Positions 9,749 to 20,432 of a stretch of DNA of 64,000 bases are shown here, one piece after another. The stretch's first letter is position 1. Each line of letters starts with the position of its first letter. Position numbers and translations under genes: made by a program. Under the pieces are notes generated by a model that was not told the DNA's origin, did not search any database, and saw only the letters and a list, made by a program, of their open reading frames with translations. Origin of the DNA: Rhodospirillaceae bacterium (lineage in GTDB: Bacteria > Pseudomonadota > Alphaproteobacteria > GCA-2731375); assembly GCA_018660265.1 (NCBI GenBank), contig JABJKS010000084.1:14036-78035 (forward strand), written 5' to 3'.

Positions 9749-10471
9749 ATGAAACCGTTTTCGCCGCAATCTTTGACCTATTTTTTCCTCTCCCGCGCCT
9801 CTGCCTGTCCCTATCTGGAAGGCCGGGTGGAGCAGATGGTGTTTACGGATCTGTCCGCTGCCGGCGCGCCGCAGGAATTGCACAACCAACTTTCCCGCGC
9901 CGGGTTTCGCCGCAGCCAGGGCATCGCCTATAAACCCAACTGCCAGGACTGCAACGCTTGCCAGGCCGTCCGGGTGCCCGTGGAACGCTTTGCCTCCTCG
10001 CGCAGCCTGAACCGGATTGCCCGGCGCAATGCCGGTATCACGGCGACGGTGCTGCCGCCGAAAGGCCGGGGCGAACATTATGCCCTGTTCCATCGTTACG
10101 TGGCCTCCCGCCACGGCGACGGCGGCATGGCGGGGATGAGCTTTGATGACTATCTGGCCATGGTCCAGGACACGCCCGTGCCGTCGGAGTTGATTGAGTT
10201 CCGGACAGCGGACGGCGATTTATACGGCGTCTGCCTGACCGACCTGTTGGATGACGGCCTGTCGCTTGTCTATAGTATATTCGATCCCGACATGGCCGCC
10301 GACAGCCCCGGCAAATACATCATCCTATGGCATATTGAAGAGGCCAAACGGCGCGGCCTGCCGCACGTTTATTTGGGCTATTGGATCGAGGAAAGCCGTA
10401 AGATGGCCTACAAAGCCCGCTTCCGCCCGCTGGAGGCCCACGGCCCCGACGGTTGGAGCCAAATCAAATAG
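9749..10471 (+). CDS. bpt: Arginyltransferase-like / Asp-Glu leucyltransferase (N-end rule)
   Basis: CPYL, GFRRS, CxxCxAC, RHGDGGM, YLGYWI...KMAYK. Confidence 0.88.
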   Translation: MKPFSPQSLTYFFLSRASACPYLEGRVEQMVFTDLSAAGAPQELHNQLSRAGFRRSQGIAYKPNCQDCNACQAVRVPVERFASSRSLNRIARRNAGITATVLPPKGRGEHYALFHRYVASRHGDGGMAGMSFDDYLAMVQDTPVPSELIEFRTADGDLYGVCLTDLLDDGLSLVYSIFDPDMAADSPGKYIILWHIEEAKRRGLPHVYLGYWIEESRKMAYKARFRPLEAHGPDGWSQIK

Positions 10472-10502
10472 CTTTAATTAATTTTCGTTAGGAGACGACA
10501 AC

Positions 10503-11279
10503 ATGACCTACGCCCATATTATCGTGGGGCGGGACGGCCCCATTGCCACCATCACCCTGAACCGGGCCGATGCCATGAACGCCCTGACGCCGGAAATGCT
10601 GGGCGAAGTGGACGCGGCCCTGAGCGATATTGCCGCTGATCCCAACATCAACGTCCTGATCATGACCGGGGCCGGACGGGCCTTTTGCGCCGGGGTGGAC
10701 CTGAAGGCATTGCAGGCCAGGGGCGTGGATTTGTCCCAGGGCAATGTGGGTGATGAGCTAAACAACGCAGCCCGCGGGGTAATCGAGAAAATTGAAAGCA
10801 TGCCCCAGGCCACTATCGCCAAGGTGAATGGTTTTACCTTTACGGGCGGTCTGGAATTGATGCTGGCCTTTGACATCATCATCGCGGCGGAAGAGGCCAA
10901 GATGGGCGATACCCACGCAGTCCTGGGCTTTCGCCCGACCTGGGGCCTGACCCAGCGCCTGCCCCGCAAAGTCGGCAGCATGCGCGCCAAAGAGCTATCG
11001 TTCACCGCCCGCACCATTTCGGGCGTGGAGGCCGCCAAAATCGGCCTGGCCCTCGAAGCCGTGCCCCTGGCCGACTTGGATGCCCGCGTGGCCGCCCTCG
11101 CCGCCGCCATCGCCCGCAACAGCCCCGGCTCCATCGCGGCCTACAAAGACCTCTACGCCCAAGCCAACAATGCCGGCCAGACAAAGGGCCTCACCTACGA
11201 ACGCGACACCGCCTACGACATCGCGGATGTCGGCCAACGCCTGGGCGATTTCATGGCGAAGTTGGGTGGTAAGGGTTAG
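10503..11279 (+). CDS. Enoyl-CoA hydratase/isomerase family protein
   Basis: LNRADAMNAL, RAFCAGVDL, GGLELML, DTHA...PTWGLTQRLPR. Confidence 0.92.
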   Translation: MTYAHIIVGRDGPIATITLNRADAMNALTPEMLGEVDAALSDIAADPNINVLIMTGAGRAFCAGVDLKALQARGVDLSQGNVGDELNNAARGVIEKIESMPQATIAKVNGFTFTGGLELMLAFDIIIAAEEAKMGDTHAVLGFRPTWGLTQRLPRKVGSMRAKELSFTARTISGVEAAKIGLALEAVPLADLDARVAALAAAIARNSPGSIAAYKDLYAQANNAGQTKGLTYERDTAYDIADVGQRLGDFMAKLGGKG

Positions 11280-11374
11280 CGGACACTATTTGAGTCACGA
11301 GAAAAACGATTCAGCGTACCGGAGAACTATATTTTGTAAACTGTCACCGGAACCCGGAACCGAGGTTAGGGACT

Positions 11375-11398
11375 GTAGGTTGGGTCTTGTCCCGACCT
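11375..11398 (+). repeat. GTAG-tagged REP-like hairpin
   Basis: GTAG followed by stem aggttggg-tcttgt-cccgacct (one G-T pair). Confidence 0.4.
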
Positions 11399-11478
11399 TA
11401 GTCTGAGGTACGCTGGCACGTCATTTGTAGATCCGCACGTGCGCGGAACGACCTTGAAGTCTGCTAAAAGCCCCCAAA

Positions 11479-11522
11479 CTCTCACGCCGGAAACAGGGCT
11501 TCGACTCTTCTTCGGGACGCCA
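11479..11522 (+). pseudogene. Degenerate 3' half of tRNA-Glu(CUC), possible att scar
   Basis: CTCTCAC-GCCGG-AAAC-AGGGC-TTCGACT-CTTCT-TCGGGAC-GCCA; no 5' half present. Confidence 0.65.
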
Positions 11523-11697
11523 TTTCATCTAAATCAGTACGGAAGCGCCCGCCAAGCAGAAAGTGGCTAGAGGGTCCGCCCGCGCGTCGTTACTGGGTAC
11601 ATCGCATTACGCACTGCACTGCTCCAAACTTTAGCTCTTGCCATGATGCAAGAAACAAGACCTGAACCCCGCCTTGCTAACTGTTTAATTGGCACAG

Positions 11698-12024
11698 CTA
11701 TTCCGGCACGAAATTGTATTTGCCCACCCCCTGGACGATCATGAATTTGCAGGGGCCGTCGTTTTGGCCGGTGACGCGGTGGGGGCGCTTGGCGGGGGCT
11801 TTGAAGGTTTCGCCGGGGGCTAGGATCTGCACGGCATCGGGGTTGCGGGTTTCGATTTGCATGGGGCCTTCCATGCAAAAGAAATCGTCGTCGATGATGT
11901 CATGGCTGTGCCAGGGCACTTCTTCGCCCGCAGCCAGGGTTAGGATCGAGACACGCAGGTCCTTGGCCACGGCGATGCGTTCACGCCCCTTGATCTTGTA
12001 GGTCAGCTTGTCATCTTCGCTCAT
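11698..12024 (-). CDS. Cupin domain protein
   Basis: PWHSH...FFCMEG and PHRV metal-binding cupin motifs. Confidence 0.8.
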   Translation of the reverse strand: MSEDDKLTYKIKGRERIAVAKDLRVSILTLAAGEEVPWHSHDIIDDDFFCMEGPMQIETRNPDAVQILAPGETFKAPAKRPHRVTGQNDGPCKFMIVQGVGKYNFVPE

Positions 12025-12104
12025 CTCGCGGTTCCCTTTGCCCCTAATTGTGTTGATTGTGGTCCATTGCAGATTGTCGCGCAATCTCCTGCTACATTGT
12101 TCTG

Positions 12105-12896
12105 ATGAATTGGTCAGATGATGGATATGTGCTGTCGGTGCGCCGCCATGGGGAGGCGGCGGCTATTGTCAATTTGTTGACCCAGGCGCATGGCCGTCAT
12201 GCGGGCCTGGTGCGGGGCGGGGCGGGGCGGCGGTTGCGCGGGGTCCTCCAACCCGGCAACCGGGTCAGTGCCAATTGGCGGGGCCGGTTGGCGGAACATT
12301 TGGGCAGCTATACGGTGGAGGCCGTGCGTGATCATGCGGCGGGCTTGCTGTCCGACGGCGACCGTCTGGCGGGTTTGACCGCCGCCACCGCCGTGACCGA
12401 GGGTGCGTTGCCGGAGCGGGAACCGCATCTGGCCATTCACGATGGCTTTGCCGTATTACTGGATGCTTTGGGCAGTACCCAGGAGTGGGCCGCCGTCTAT
12501 GTACGATTCGAGCTCGGCCTGCTGGCCGAATTAGGTTTCGGCCTGGATTTAAGCCATTGCGCGGCCACGGGAACGACAGAAGATCTAGCCTATGTCTCGC
12601 CCAAATCGGGCCGTGCGGTGAGCCGGGAAGCAGCCGGCCCTTACAAAGAAAAACTGTTGCCACTACCCCCGTTTTTGCTACCAAATTCGGCAGAAACCCT
12701 GGTCATTCAAGATGTTTTGGACGGCCTGCGCCTGACCGGCTATTTCCTCGCCCATCAGGTCTTTGCCCCCCATAACAAACCCCTGCCCATGGCCCGCGAA
12801 AGGCTGGTGGAACGCATTTCGCGCACTGCCAATTTGTCCGCTAACCTATCTGGACATCTATCTGGTAGTACAATGCCCCATGACAGAGATTCTTGA
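12105..12896 (+). CDS. recO: DNA repair protein RecO
   Basis: [45 protein letters not shown]. Confidence 0.95.
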   Translation: MNWSDDGYVLSVRRHGEAAAIVNLLTQAHGRHAGLVRGGAGRRLRGVLQPGNRVSANWRGRLAEHLGSYTVEAVRDHAAGLLSDGDRLAGLTAATAVTEGALPEREPHLAIHDGFAVLLDALGSTQEWAAVYVRFELGLLAELGFGLDLSHCAATGTTEDLAYVSPKSGRAVSREAAGPYKEKLLPLPPFLLPNSAETLVIQDVLDGLRLTGYFLAHQVFAPHNKPLPMARERLVERISRTANLSANLSGHLSGSTMPHDRDS

Positions 12897-15105
12897 CGAC
12901 GGCGAAATCCGCGACACACCCTTAGGCGAGGCCCTTGGCGAACGCTACCTCTCCTATGCCCTCTCCACCATTATGTCCCGATCCCTGCCCGATGTGCGCG
13001 ATGGCATGAAGCCGGTGCACCGGCGCATTCTGTTCGCCATGCGGCAGCTGAAATTGAACCCGGAAACCGGCTTCAAAAAATGCGCCCGCATCGTTGGCGA
13101 CGTCATGGGTAAATTCCACCCCCACGGCGATCAGGCGATCTATGACGCTCTGGTACGCCTGGCCCAGGAATTTGCCCAGCGATATCCATTGGTCGATGGC
13201 CAAGGCAATTTCGGCAATGTGGACGGCGATAACGCCGCCGCCATGCGCTACACAGAGGCACGGATGACAGCCGTCGCCCAGGCTTTGTTGCAGGGCATTG
13301 ACCTGGACACGGTGGATTTTCGCGGCACCTATGACGGTGAAGACGAAGAGCCGATGGTGCTGCCGGCGGCTTTCCCGAACCTGCTGGCCAATGGTGCCAC
13401 GGGTATTGCCGTGGGTATGGCGACATCCATTCCCCCGCATAATATACGCGAGCTGTGCGCCGCGTTATTGCACCTGATTAAAACTCCCAATGTGGGTATG
13501 GACAAATTGGTGCAGTTGATCCCCGGACCGGATTTCCCCACGGGCGGCGTCATTGTTGAAGATCGCGCCTCGATTATGGAGGCTTACCGCACCGGCCGTG
13601 GTGGTTTTCGCCTACGGGCAAAGTGGGAGGTGGAACAGGGCAAGCGTGGCACCTACAACATCGTGGTCACGGAAATTCCCTATCAGGTTCCCAAAGGCCG
13701 GGTGATCGAAAAAATCGCCGATCTGATGCATCAGAAAAAGCTGCCCTTGCTGGCCGATATTCGCGATGAGTCAGCCGAGGACATCCGCCTGGTGCTGGAA
13801 CCGAAATCCGGCAAGGTAGAGGCGGACATGTTGATGGAACATCTGTTCCGTCTTTCCGACCTGGAGGTCCGCTTCGGCCTGAACCTGAACGTCCTGGACG
13901 CCGATCAGACCCCGCGGGTGATGAGTTTGCGGGAGGCCCTGCAAGCCTTCCTGGACCACCGCCACGTGGTCCTGGTGCGCCGCTCCAACCATCGTCTGGG
14001 CCAGATTGAGAGACGCTTGGAAGTTCTGGGTGCCTATCTGATCTGTTATTTGAACCTGGATGAAGTGATCCGCATTATTCGGGAGGAAGACCACGCGAAA
14101 CCGGCCCTCATCAAGGCCTTTGACCTGACCGAGAACCAGGCCGAGGCGATCCTGAATATGCGTCTGCGCGCCTTGCGCCGGTTGGAGGAGATTGAGATCC
14201 GGGCCGAGGACAAAGCCCTGAAGACTGAGCGCAAAGAGTTAAATACCCTGTTGGCATCCGAGCCGAAACGCTGGGCTGCCATCACCGAGGAAATTCGCGA
14301 AATGCGCAAGACTTTTGGTGACGATCCTGTTCTGGGGCCCCGGCGCAGCCAATTTGCCGACGCCCCCACGGGCGAGTTGACGCCCATCGACGCCATGGTG
14401 GAGAAAGAGCCCGTCACCATCGTCTGCTCCGACAAAGGCTGGCTGCGGGCCCTGCGCGGCCATGTCGAAGAAGGCCACGACGTCAAATACAAGGACGGCG
14501 ACAAGGGCCGCTATTGGCTGCATGCCCAATCAACGGACAAGCTGGTGTTGTTCGCCACGAATGGCCGTTTCTATACCCTGGCCTGTGACAAGCTGCCGGG
14601 CGGACGGGGCAATGGAGAACCGGTGCGTCTGTTGCTGGATCTGGCCAACGATCAGGAAATTGTCGACCTGATGGTGCATGACCCGGAACGTAAATTGCTG
14701 GTCGCCGCCACCGATGGGCGCGGTTTCGTGGTGGAGGAAAAGGCCACGGTGGCACAGACCCGCAGCGGCCGTCAGGTCCTCAATGTTTCGGGCGATGTGG
14801 AAGCCGCGGTCTGCGCGCCCGTGCAGGGCGATCACCTGGCCGTGGTCGGTGACAATCATAAACTGATAATCTTCCCGATCGAGGAGCTGCCCGAGATGAC
14901 ACGTGGCCGCGGCGTCGTTCTGCAGAAATACCGCGATGGTGGGTTGGCGGATGCCAAGACTATGAATTTAGCCGATGGTCTGACCTGGAAGCAGGCCGGC
15001 GGTCGTACCAGAACCGAAACGGATTTGGAAATGTGGCTGGGCAAACGCAGCCAAGCAGGACGCCTGGCCCCGAAAGGCTTCCCCAAGAACAACCGGTTCA
15101 GCTAG
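12880..15105 (+). CDS. parC: DNA topoisomerase IV subunit A
   Basis: [30 protein letters not shown]; follows recO. Confidence 0.95.
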   Translation: MTEILDDGEIRDTPLGEALGERYLSYALSTIMSRSLPDVRDGMKPVHRRILFAMRQLKLNPETGFKKCARIVGDVMGKFHPHGDQAIYDALVRLAQEFAQRYPLVDGQGNFGNVDGDNAAAMRYTEARMTAVAQALLQGIDLDTVDFRGTYDGEDEEPMVLPAAFPNLLANGATGIAVGMATSIPPHNIRELCAALLHLIKTPNVGMDKLVQLIPGPDFPTGGVIVEDRASIMEAYRTGRGGFRLRAKWEVEQGKRGTYNIVVTEIPYQVPKGRVIEKIADLMHQKKLPLLADIRDESAEDIRLVLEPKSGKVEADMLMEHLFRLSDLEVRFGLNLNVLDADQTPRVMSLREALQAFLDHRHVVLVRRSNHRLGQIERRLEVLGAYLICYLNLDEVIRIIREEDHAKPALIKAFDLTENQAEAILNMRLRALRRLEEIEIRAEDKALKTERKELNTLLASEPKRWAAITEEIREMRKTFGDDPVLGPRRSQFADAPTGELTPIDAMVEKEPVTIVCSDKGWLRALRGHVEEGHDVKYKDGDKGRYWLHAQSTDKLVLFATNGRFYTLACDKLPGGRGNGEPVRLLLDLANDQEIVDLMVHDPERKLLVAATDGRGFVVEEKATVAQTRSGRQVLNVSGDVEAAVCAPVQGDHLAVVGDNHKLIIFPIEELPEMTRGRGVVLQKYRDGGLADAKTMNLADGLTWKQAGGRTRTETDLEMWLGKRSQAGRLAPKGFPKNNRFS

Positions 15106-15108
15106 GGC

Positions 15109-16734
15109 ATGTCTACGGAAGCGGCGTTCGACACGGTCCACGATGTTTTTCGCCGGGCGGCGGAACAATGGCCCGATCAGGGTGCCATATGCTCTACGCC
15201 GTTTCCGGGGCGGGATTATTATCCCGATGGTGTTGAGTTTACCTATGGCGAGGCCTGGACCCGGATTGAGGCCTTGCGGGAACAATATGCGGACGCGGGT
15301 TATGGCCATGGCCATCGGGTCGCCCTGCTGTTGGAACAGCGCCCGGAATTCTTCTTTCATTACCTGGCCCTGAATGGCCTGGGTTGTGGCATTGTGCCCA
15401 TCAACCCGGATTATCGCCACGATGAAATGCTCTATCAGATGACGCATTCAGAGGCGGACCTGGCGGTCACGGTCGGCTCAAGATCGGATGATCTGAACCG
15501 GGTCGCCGCCCTGCGGGAGAAACCCCTGCCGGTGGTCGGGTTTGAAAACTTCCCCGAAGGCCTGGTGCCGGCACCCCCAGCACCTTTCGATGGCCCGCCG
15601 GGACCGGAGACGGAGACGTCATTGCTTTATACCTCCGGCACCACGGGCCGGCCCAAGGGCTGTATCCTGACCAACGAATTCTATGTCCAGGCGGGCAAGT
15701 GGTATCTGTCCATGGGCGGTAGGCTGCAGTTCAATGCCCCCGAACGGATGTTGAACCCCCTGCCCTATTTCCATGTCAACGCCCAAGCATTTTGCGCCAC
15801 GGCGATGTTCCTTTCGGGCAGCTGTCTGATCGCCCAGGACCGCTTTCACCCCTCCCTCTGGTGGCGGGACGCGGTCAGTACGGGTGCTACCGCCATGCAT
15901 TATCTGGGCGTGGTGCCGCCACTTTTGATGAACCAGCCGGTCAGCGTGGAGGAAGGCCAGCATAAAATTCGTTTTGCCGTTGGTGCGGGGGTAGAACCAG
16001 AACTACATGCTCCTTTCGAAGAACGCTTCGGCTTTCCCCTGGTGGAAGTTTGGGGCATGACGGAGACAGGGCGGATTTTGGCCGATTGCCATGAGCCCCG
16101 GCGCACAGATACCCGCGCCTTTGGCAAACCCATGGCGGGGATGGAAGCGCGCGTGGTGGATGACGACGACAACGACGTCGGTTTTGACAATGTGGGCGAA
16201 TTGCTGGTCCGCCATAGTGCGGCAACCCCGCGTAAATGGTTCTTCTCCGGCTATTTAAAGAACGAGACGGAGACGGAAAATGCCTGGCGCGGGGGCTGGT
16301 TTCATACCGGCGACACGGTGCGCCAGGGCGAAGACGGCATGTTGTACTTCGTTGATCGGAAAAAAAACATCATCCGCCGCTCCGGCGAGAACATCGCCGC
16401 AGCAGAGATAGAGGCCTGTTTGCAAGCCCATGAAGATGTCGCCCAAGTGGCGGTCCTGGCCGTAACCGACGATATTCGCGACGAGGAGGTCCTGGCCTGT
16501 ATTGTCGCTATGCCCGACAGCCCCACCGACAGCACCCAGGCCCGGGCCCTGTTTGATTGGAGCTTCGAACGACAGGCCTATTACAAAGCGCCGGGCTGGT
16601 TGCTATTCGTCGACAGCCTACCCACCACGGGGACGCAAAAAATTCAAAAGCATCACATTTTTGGGGACGCAGAAGACCCCCGCGACAACCCAAACATCCA
16701 CGATTTCAGACCCTTGAAAAAGCGCCATCGCTAG
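15109..16734 (+). CDS. AMP-dependent acyl-CoA ligase (CaiC-like)
   Basis: YTSGTTGRPKG, WGMTET, WFHTGD, DRKKNIIRRSGENI. Confidence 0.9.
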   Translation: MSTEAAFDTVHDVFRRAAEQWPDQGAICSTPFPGRDYYPDGVEFTYGEAWTRIEALREQYADAGYGHGHRVALLLEQRPEFFFHYLALNGLGCGIVPINPDYRHDEMLYQMTHSEADLAVTVGSRSDDLNRVAALREKPLPVVGFENFPEGLVPAPPAPFDGPPGPETETSLLYTSGTTGRPKGCILTNEFYVQAGKWYLSMGGRLQFNAPERMLNPLPYFHVNAQAFCATAMFLSGSCLIAQDRFHPSLWWRDAVSTGATAMHYLGVVPPLLMNQPVSVEEGQHKIRFAVGAGVEPELHAPFEERFGFPLVEVWGMTETGRILADCHEPRRTDTRAFGKPMAGMEARVVDDDDNDVGFDNVGELLVRHSAATPRKWFFSGYLKNETETENAWRGGWFHTGDTVRQGEDGMLYFVDRKKNIIRRSGENIAAAEIEACLQAHEDVAQVAVLAVTDDIRDEEVLACIVAMPDSPTDSTQARALFDWSFERQAYYKAPGWLLFVDSLPTTGTQKIQKHHIFGDAEDPRDNPNIHDFRPLKKRHR

Positions 16735-16746
16735 CGCGCTTCCGGG

Positions 16747-17574
16747 CTAGACCGGTTTGTCACCCTGTATGGTGACGCGGTAGCCGTGGCGGACATTTGG
16801 GAAATAATCCCAGGCTGCGTGATGTTGGGTGCAACGATTATCCCAAAACGCCACGGAGTTCTTTTCCCACCGATATCGGCATTGGAAATGCACACCACGG
16901 GCGATGTGATTATACAGCAAATGCAGGATATCGTGGCTTTCCTCCCGCTTTAGTTCCAGGATCCTGGTGGTAAACGTGGCGTTGACGTACAGGCCCTTGC
17001 GCCCGGTCACCGGATGGGTGCGGACAACGGGATGCACGGCCTCGGGATAGTCGTCATCCCGCAAATTATCCTTGGTGCCATAACGGCCTTTGTGCACATG
17101 CTCGGAACGGTGCAGTGCGGTCAGCCCGTCGAGAAAATGCTGCATCCGATCCGAAAGCCCCTCGTAGGCGGCATACATGCTGGCGAACAAGGTATCACCG
17201 CCAACTTCTGGTGCCGTATGAATATGCAGGATGGAGCCCATGGGCGGCTCAACATCGCAACTAACGTCGGAATGCCAAAACTCTCCAGCGACATGTTTGG
17301 AATTCTCGTCCGCCTTGACAATCAAAATCTCCGGATGCCCTTCCGGCCCAGGTGCCGCCGGGTGGACATGCAAATCGCCAAAGCGGCGTCCAAGGTCCTT
17401 GTGCTGATCCAGGGTCATATCCTGATCCCGGAAGAAAATTGCCTGATGGGTCATCAGGGCATCATGCAAAGCCTCGAATGTTGCATCGCTCAATGGCTCG
17501 GCCAGATTGACCCCTTCAATTTCAGCGCCTATGGCAGCGGTCAAAGGCTGTACGCGAATATTGCTCAATGTCAT
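16747..17574 (-). CDS. TauD/TfdA family 2-oxoglutarate/Fe(II) dioxygenase
   Basis: WHSD, GGDTLF, HPVVRTHPVTGRK, WDNRCTQH. Confidence 0.92.
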   Translation of the reverse strand: MTLSNIRVQPLTAAIGAEIEGVNLAEPLSDATFEALHDALMTHQAIFFRDQDMTLDQHKDLGRRFGDLHVHPAAPGPEGHPEILIVKADENSKHVAGEFWHSDVSCDVEPPMGSILHIHTAPEVGGDTLFASMYAAYEGLSDRMQHFLDGLTALHRSEHVHKGRYGTKDNLRDDDYPEAVHPVVRTHPVTGRKGLYVNATFTTRILELKREESHDILHLLYNHIARGVHFQCRYRWEKNSVAFWDNRCTQHHAAWDYFPNVRHGYRVTIQGDKPV

Positions 17575-17660
17575 TTCAGCTTTCCCCATAAATTGTCCGA
17601 TCCGGACTTGACGAAATTTAGCCTATGGTAAGCTATGGATAGTTGCAGTGGCAAGGTGGG

Positions 17661-19268
17661 ATGGAGATGAAGGCCGTGGCGAAAGATCCCTATGACGTGG
17701 TCATCGTTGGCGCGGGTCACAACGGCCTGGTCTGCGCCGCCTATCTTGCGCAGGCTGGTCTATCGGTAAAGGTCGTGGAGCGCCGGGCCCAGGTGGGTGG
17801 CGCGGCGGTGACGGAGGAATTCCATCCCGGGTTCCGTAATTCCATCGCATCCTATGCAGTTGGTCTGTTGAACCCGAAGGTGGTCGCGGATTTGGATTTG
17901 TTCGGCCATGGCCTGGAGTTGGTGCAATGGCAGATGTCCAATTTCCTGCCCCTGGAGGACGGCAATTATCTAAAGTCCTATCCGGACCTGGAGCGTACGC
18001 GGCAGGAAATTGCAAGAATTTCACCCGAGGACGCCGCCCAACTGGAAGATTATGAGGCGACGATTGGCCGCCTGGCGGACGTCCTGCGGGCCTTTTTGAT
18101 GCAAACGCCGCCGAACACGGGCGGTGGTCTGCGGGATCTGTGGAGCTTGTTCAAAGCGGGCAGGCGGCTGCATGGTCTGGACCTGGAGACCCAGCGAGAC
18201 CTGGCCGATATCATGGTGATGAGCGCGGTAGATTTTCTGGACCGTTGGTTCAAATCCGATGCGGTTAAATCCCTGTTCGCCTATGGCGGCATCATCGGCA
18301 CCTATGCCTCACCCTATTCCCCCGGTACGGCCTATGTCCTGCTGCACCATTGTTTTGGCGAAATCATGCCGGAACCCGGTGCCTGGGGCCATGCAATCGG
18401 CGGCATGGGCGCGGTGACCCAGGCCATGGCCCGGGCGGCGGAGGCAGCCGGCGCTGAGATCGAGACGGATGCGGCCGTGGCGGAGGTTTTGGTGCAGGGC
18501 GGTCGCACAACAGGCGTGCGCCTGGCCGATGGCCGGGTAATCAACGGCAGGGCGGTCGCGGCCAATGTAAACCCCAAACTACTGTGTCTGAACTTGCTGG
18601 CGAAAGAGAATGTGGAACCCGCCTTTCGCCAACGCATGCTCAATTGGCGCTGTAAATCGGGTACCTTGCGGATGAATGTCGCCCTGTCAGAATTACCGGA
18701 CTTCACCGCCATTCCCGGCGTGGAGATGGCGGAACATCACCAGGGCGGCATTATTATCGGCCCTTCTACCCGCTATCTCGATGATGCCTATGTGGATGCC
18801 AGGCGTTATGGTTGGTCCCGACGGCCATTCGTGGAATTGGTCATCCCCTCCACCATCGACCCGACCCTGGCACCCGCCGGCCAACACGTCGCCTCCATGT
18901 TCTGCCAGCAATTCGACCCGGATTTACCGGACGGCCAAAGCTGGGATCAAGCCAGGGAACAGGCCGCCGATGATGCGGTGGAAGCGGTCGTGGCCTTTGC
19001 ACCCAATTTCCGCGCCGCCATCATCGCCCGGCAAATCCTGACGCCGCTGGATCTGGAGCGGGAATTCGGCCTGATCGGGGGCGATATTTTCCATGGCACC
19101 CTGGATCTGAACCAGCTCTACAGCCTGCGCCCCACCCTTGGCCATGCCAACTACCGCATGCCCATCAAGGGCCTGTATCTGTGCGGCTCCGGGGCCCATC
19201 CTGGCGGTGGCGTCACAGGCATACCGGGTCATAATGCGGCCCGCGAGATTATTCGTGATGTAGGTTAG
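17661..19268 (+). CDS. Phytoene desaturase-like FAD-dependent oxidoreductase
   Basis: GAGHNGLV, GGAAVTEEF, GGDIFHG, CGSGAHPGGGVTG. Confidence 0.9.
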   Translation: MEMKAVAKDPYDVVIVGAGHNGLVCAAYLAQAGLSVKVVERRAQVGGAAVTEEFHPGFRNSIASYAVGLLNPKVVADLDLFGHGLELVQWQMSNFLPLEDGNYLKSYPDLERTRQEIARISPEDAAQLEDYEATIGRLADVLRAFLMQTPPNTGGGLRDLWSLFKAGRRLHGLDLETQRDLADIMVMSAVDFLDRWFKSDAVKSLFAYGGIIGTYASPYSPGTAYVLLHHCFGEIMPEPGAWGHAIGGMGAVTQAMARAAEAAGAEIETDAAVAEVLVQGGRTTGVRLADGRVINGRAVAANVNPKLLCLNLLAKENVEPAFRQRMLNWRCKSGTLRMNVALSELPDFTAIPGVEMAEHHQGGIIIGPSTRYLDDAYVDARRYGWSRRPFVELVIPSTIDPTLAPAGQHVASMFCQQFDPDLPDGQSWDQAREQAADDAVEAVVAFAPNFRAAIIARQILTPLDLEREFGLIGGDIFHGTLDLNQLYSLRPTLGHANYRMPIKGLYLCGSGAHPGGGVTGIPGHNAAREIIRDVG

Positions 19269-19277
19269 ACTACAACT

Positions 19278-20432
19278 ATGGCCCATGAACCACGCATCGC
19301 CATTATCGGGGCCGGTATGGGCGGCCTGGCAACGGCTGCTGCCCTGCATACGTTTGGCATTCGGTCTCAGATTTTTGAGCAGGCGGACCGTTTTGCCCGC
19401 ATCGGTGCCGGTATTCAGATGAGCCCCAATGCCATGAAGGCGTTGCGGGGATTGGGCCTTGAAGATCAAGTGCGACGGGCGGCCTTTCAGCCCCGGGCCT
19501 GGAATAATCGGGAATGGGACACTGGCACGGTTAAGTTTGATCTGCCTTTGGGACAGATCGCGGAAGACCAATTCGGCGCGCCCTATTTGCAAATGCATCG
19601 CGGTGATTTGCATACAGCCCTACTATCGGCCGTTCCGCATCAACAGATATCCCTGGGCAAACGCCTCGTTGATGTCACAACGATGGCCACCGGGTACAAG
19701 CTGTCGTTTGCCGATGGTGGTGAGGTGGAGGCGGATCTGATCATTGGTGCTGATGGGGTGCATTCCCGTGTTCGGGAAATCCTGTTGGGACCGGAAAAAC
19801 CCAAAGCAACCGGACGGGTTGCCTATCGCGCCACTTTTCCGGCGTCTTTGCTGCGCTATCCGGTTGGCGCGTGCACCAAGTGGTGGGGCGAAGACCGCCA
19901 TATCGTCATCTATTATGTCACAGCTGCGAAGGACGAGGTCTATTTCGTGACCAGCCTGCCCGATCCCAAACTAGCTTCATGGGCTCATGAATCCTGGTCG
20001 GCGACCGGCGATATGTCCGTGGTCCGGGACGCATTTTCCGGTTTTCATGACGAGGTGGGCGAAGTTCTACGCGCCTGTCCGCAAGTCCACCGCTGGGCCA
20101 TCCTGGAGCGGGACCCTCTCGAAAACTGGTTCCAAAATTGGCATCGGGGCGGCATGGTTCTGCTGGGTGATGCGGCCCACCCCATGACGCCTTATATGGC
20201 CCAGGGTGCGGCCATGGCCATTGAAGACGGGGTTATTCTTGCCCGCGCCCTGGATAGCGCATCAGATACGGCACCAGATACTGCATCGGCCCTAAATATT
20301 TTCGAAACCGCCCGAAAGGCGCGCACGGCCCAGGTGCAGGCTATCTCGCAAGCCAACACCTGGATGCGGGAGGAAACGGACCCAACCTGGTGCTACGGCT
20401 TTGATCCATGGACGGCGCCTTTGGGGATTTAA
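19278..20432 (+). CDS. Group A flavin monooxygenase (salicylate / 6-hydroxynicotinate hydroxylase-like)
   Basis: GAGMGG, GADGVHS, LLGDAAHPMTPYMAQGAAMAIED. Confidence 0.9.
   Translation: MAHEPRIAIIGAGMGGLATAAALHTFGIRSQIFEQADRFARIGAGIQMSPNAMKALRGLGLEDQVRRAAFQPRAWNNREWDTGTVKFDLPLGQIAEDQFGAPYLQMHRGDLHTALLSAVPHQQISLGKRLVDVTTMATGYKLSFADGGEVEADLIIGADGVHSRVREILLGPEKPKATGRVAYRATFPASLLRYPVGACTKWWGEDRHIVIYYVTAAKDEVYFVTSLPDPKLASWAHESWSATGDMSVVRDAFSGFHDEVGEVLRACPQVHRWAILERDPLENWFQNWHRGGMVLLGDAAHPMTPYMAQGAAMAIEDGVILARALDSASDTAPDTASALNIFETARKARTAQVQAISQANTWMREETDPTWCYGFDPWTAPLGI

Noticed and set aside
11479..11522. Functional tRNA gene
   Set aside because: No 5' acceptor strand or D-arm, and the T-stem is mismatched
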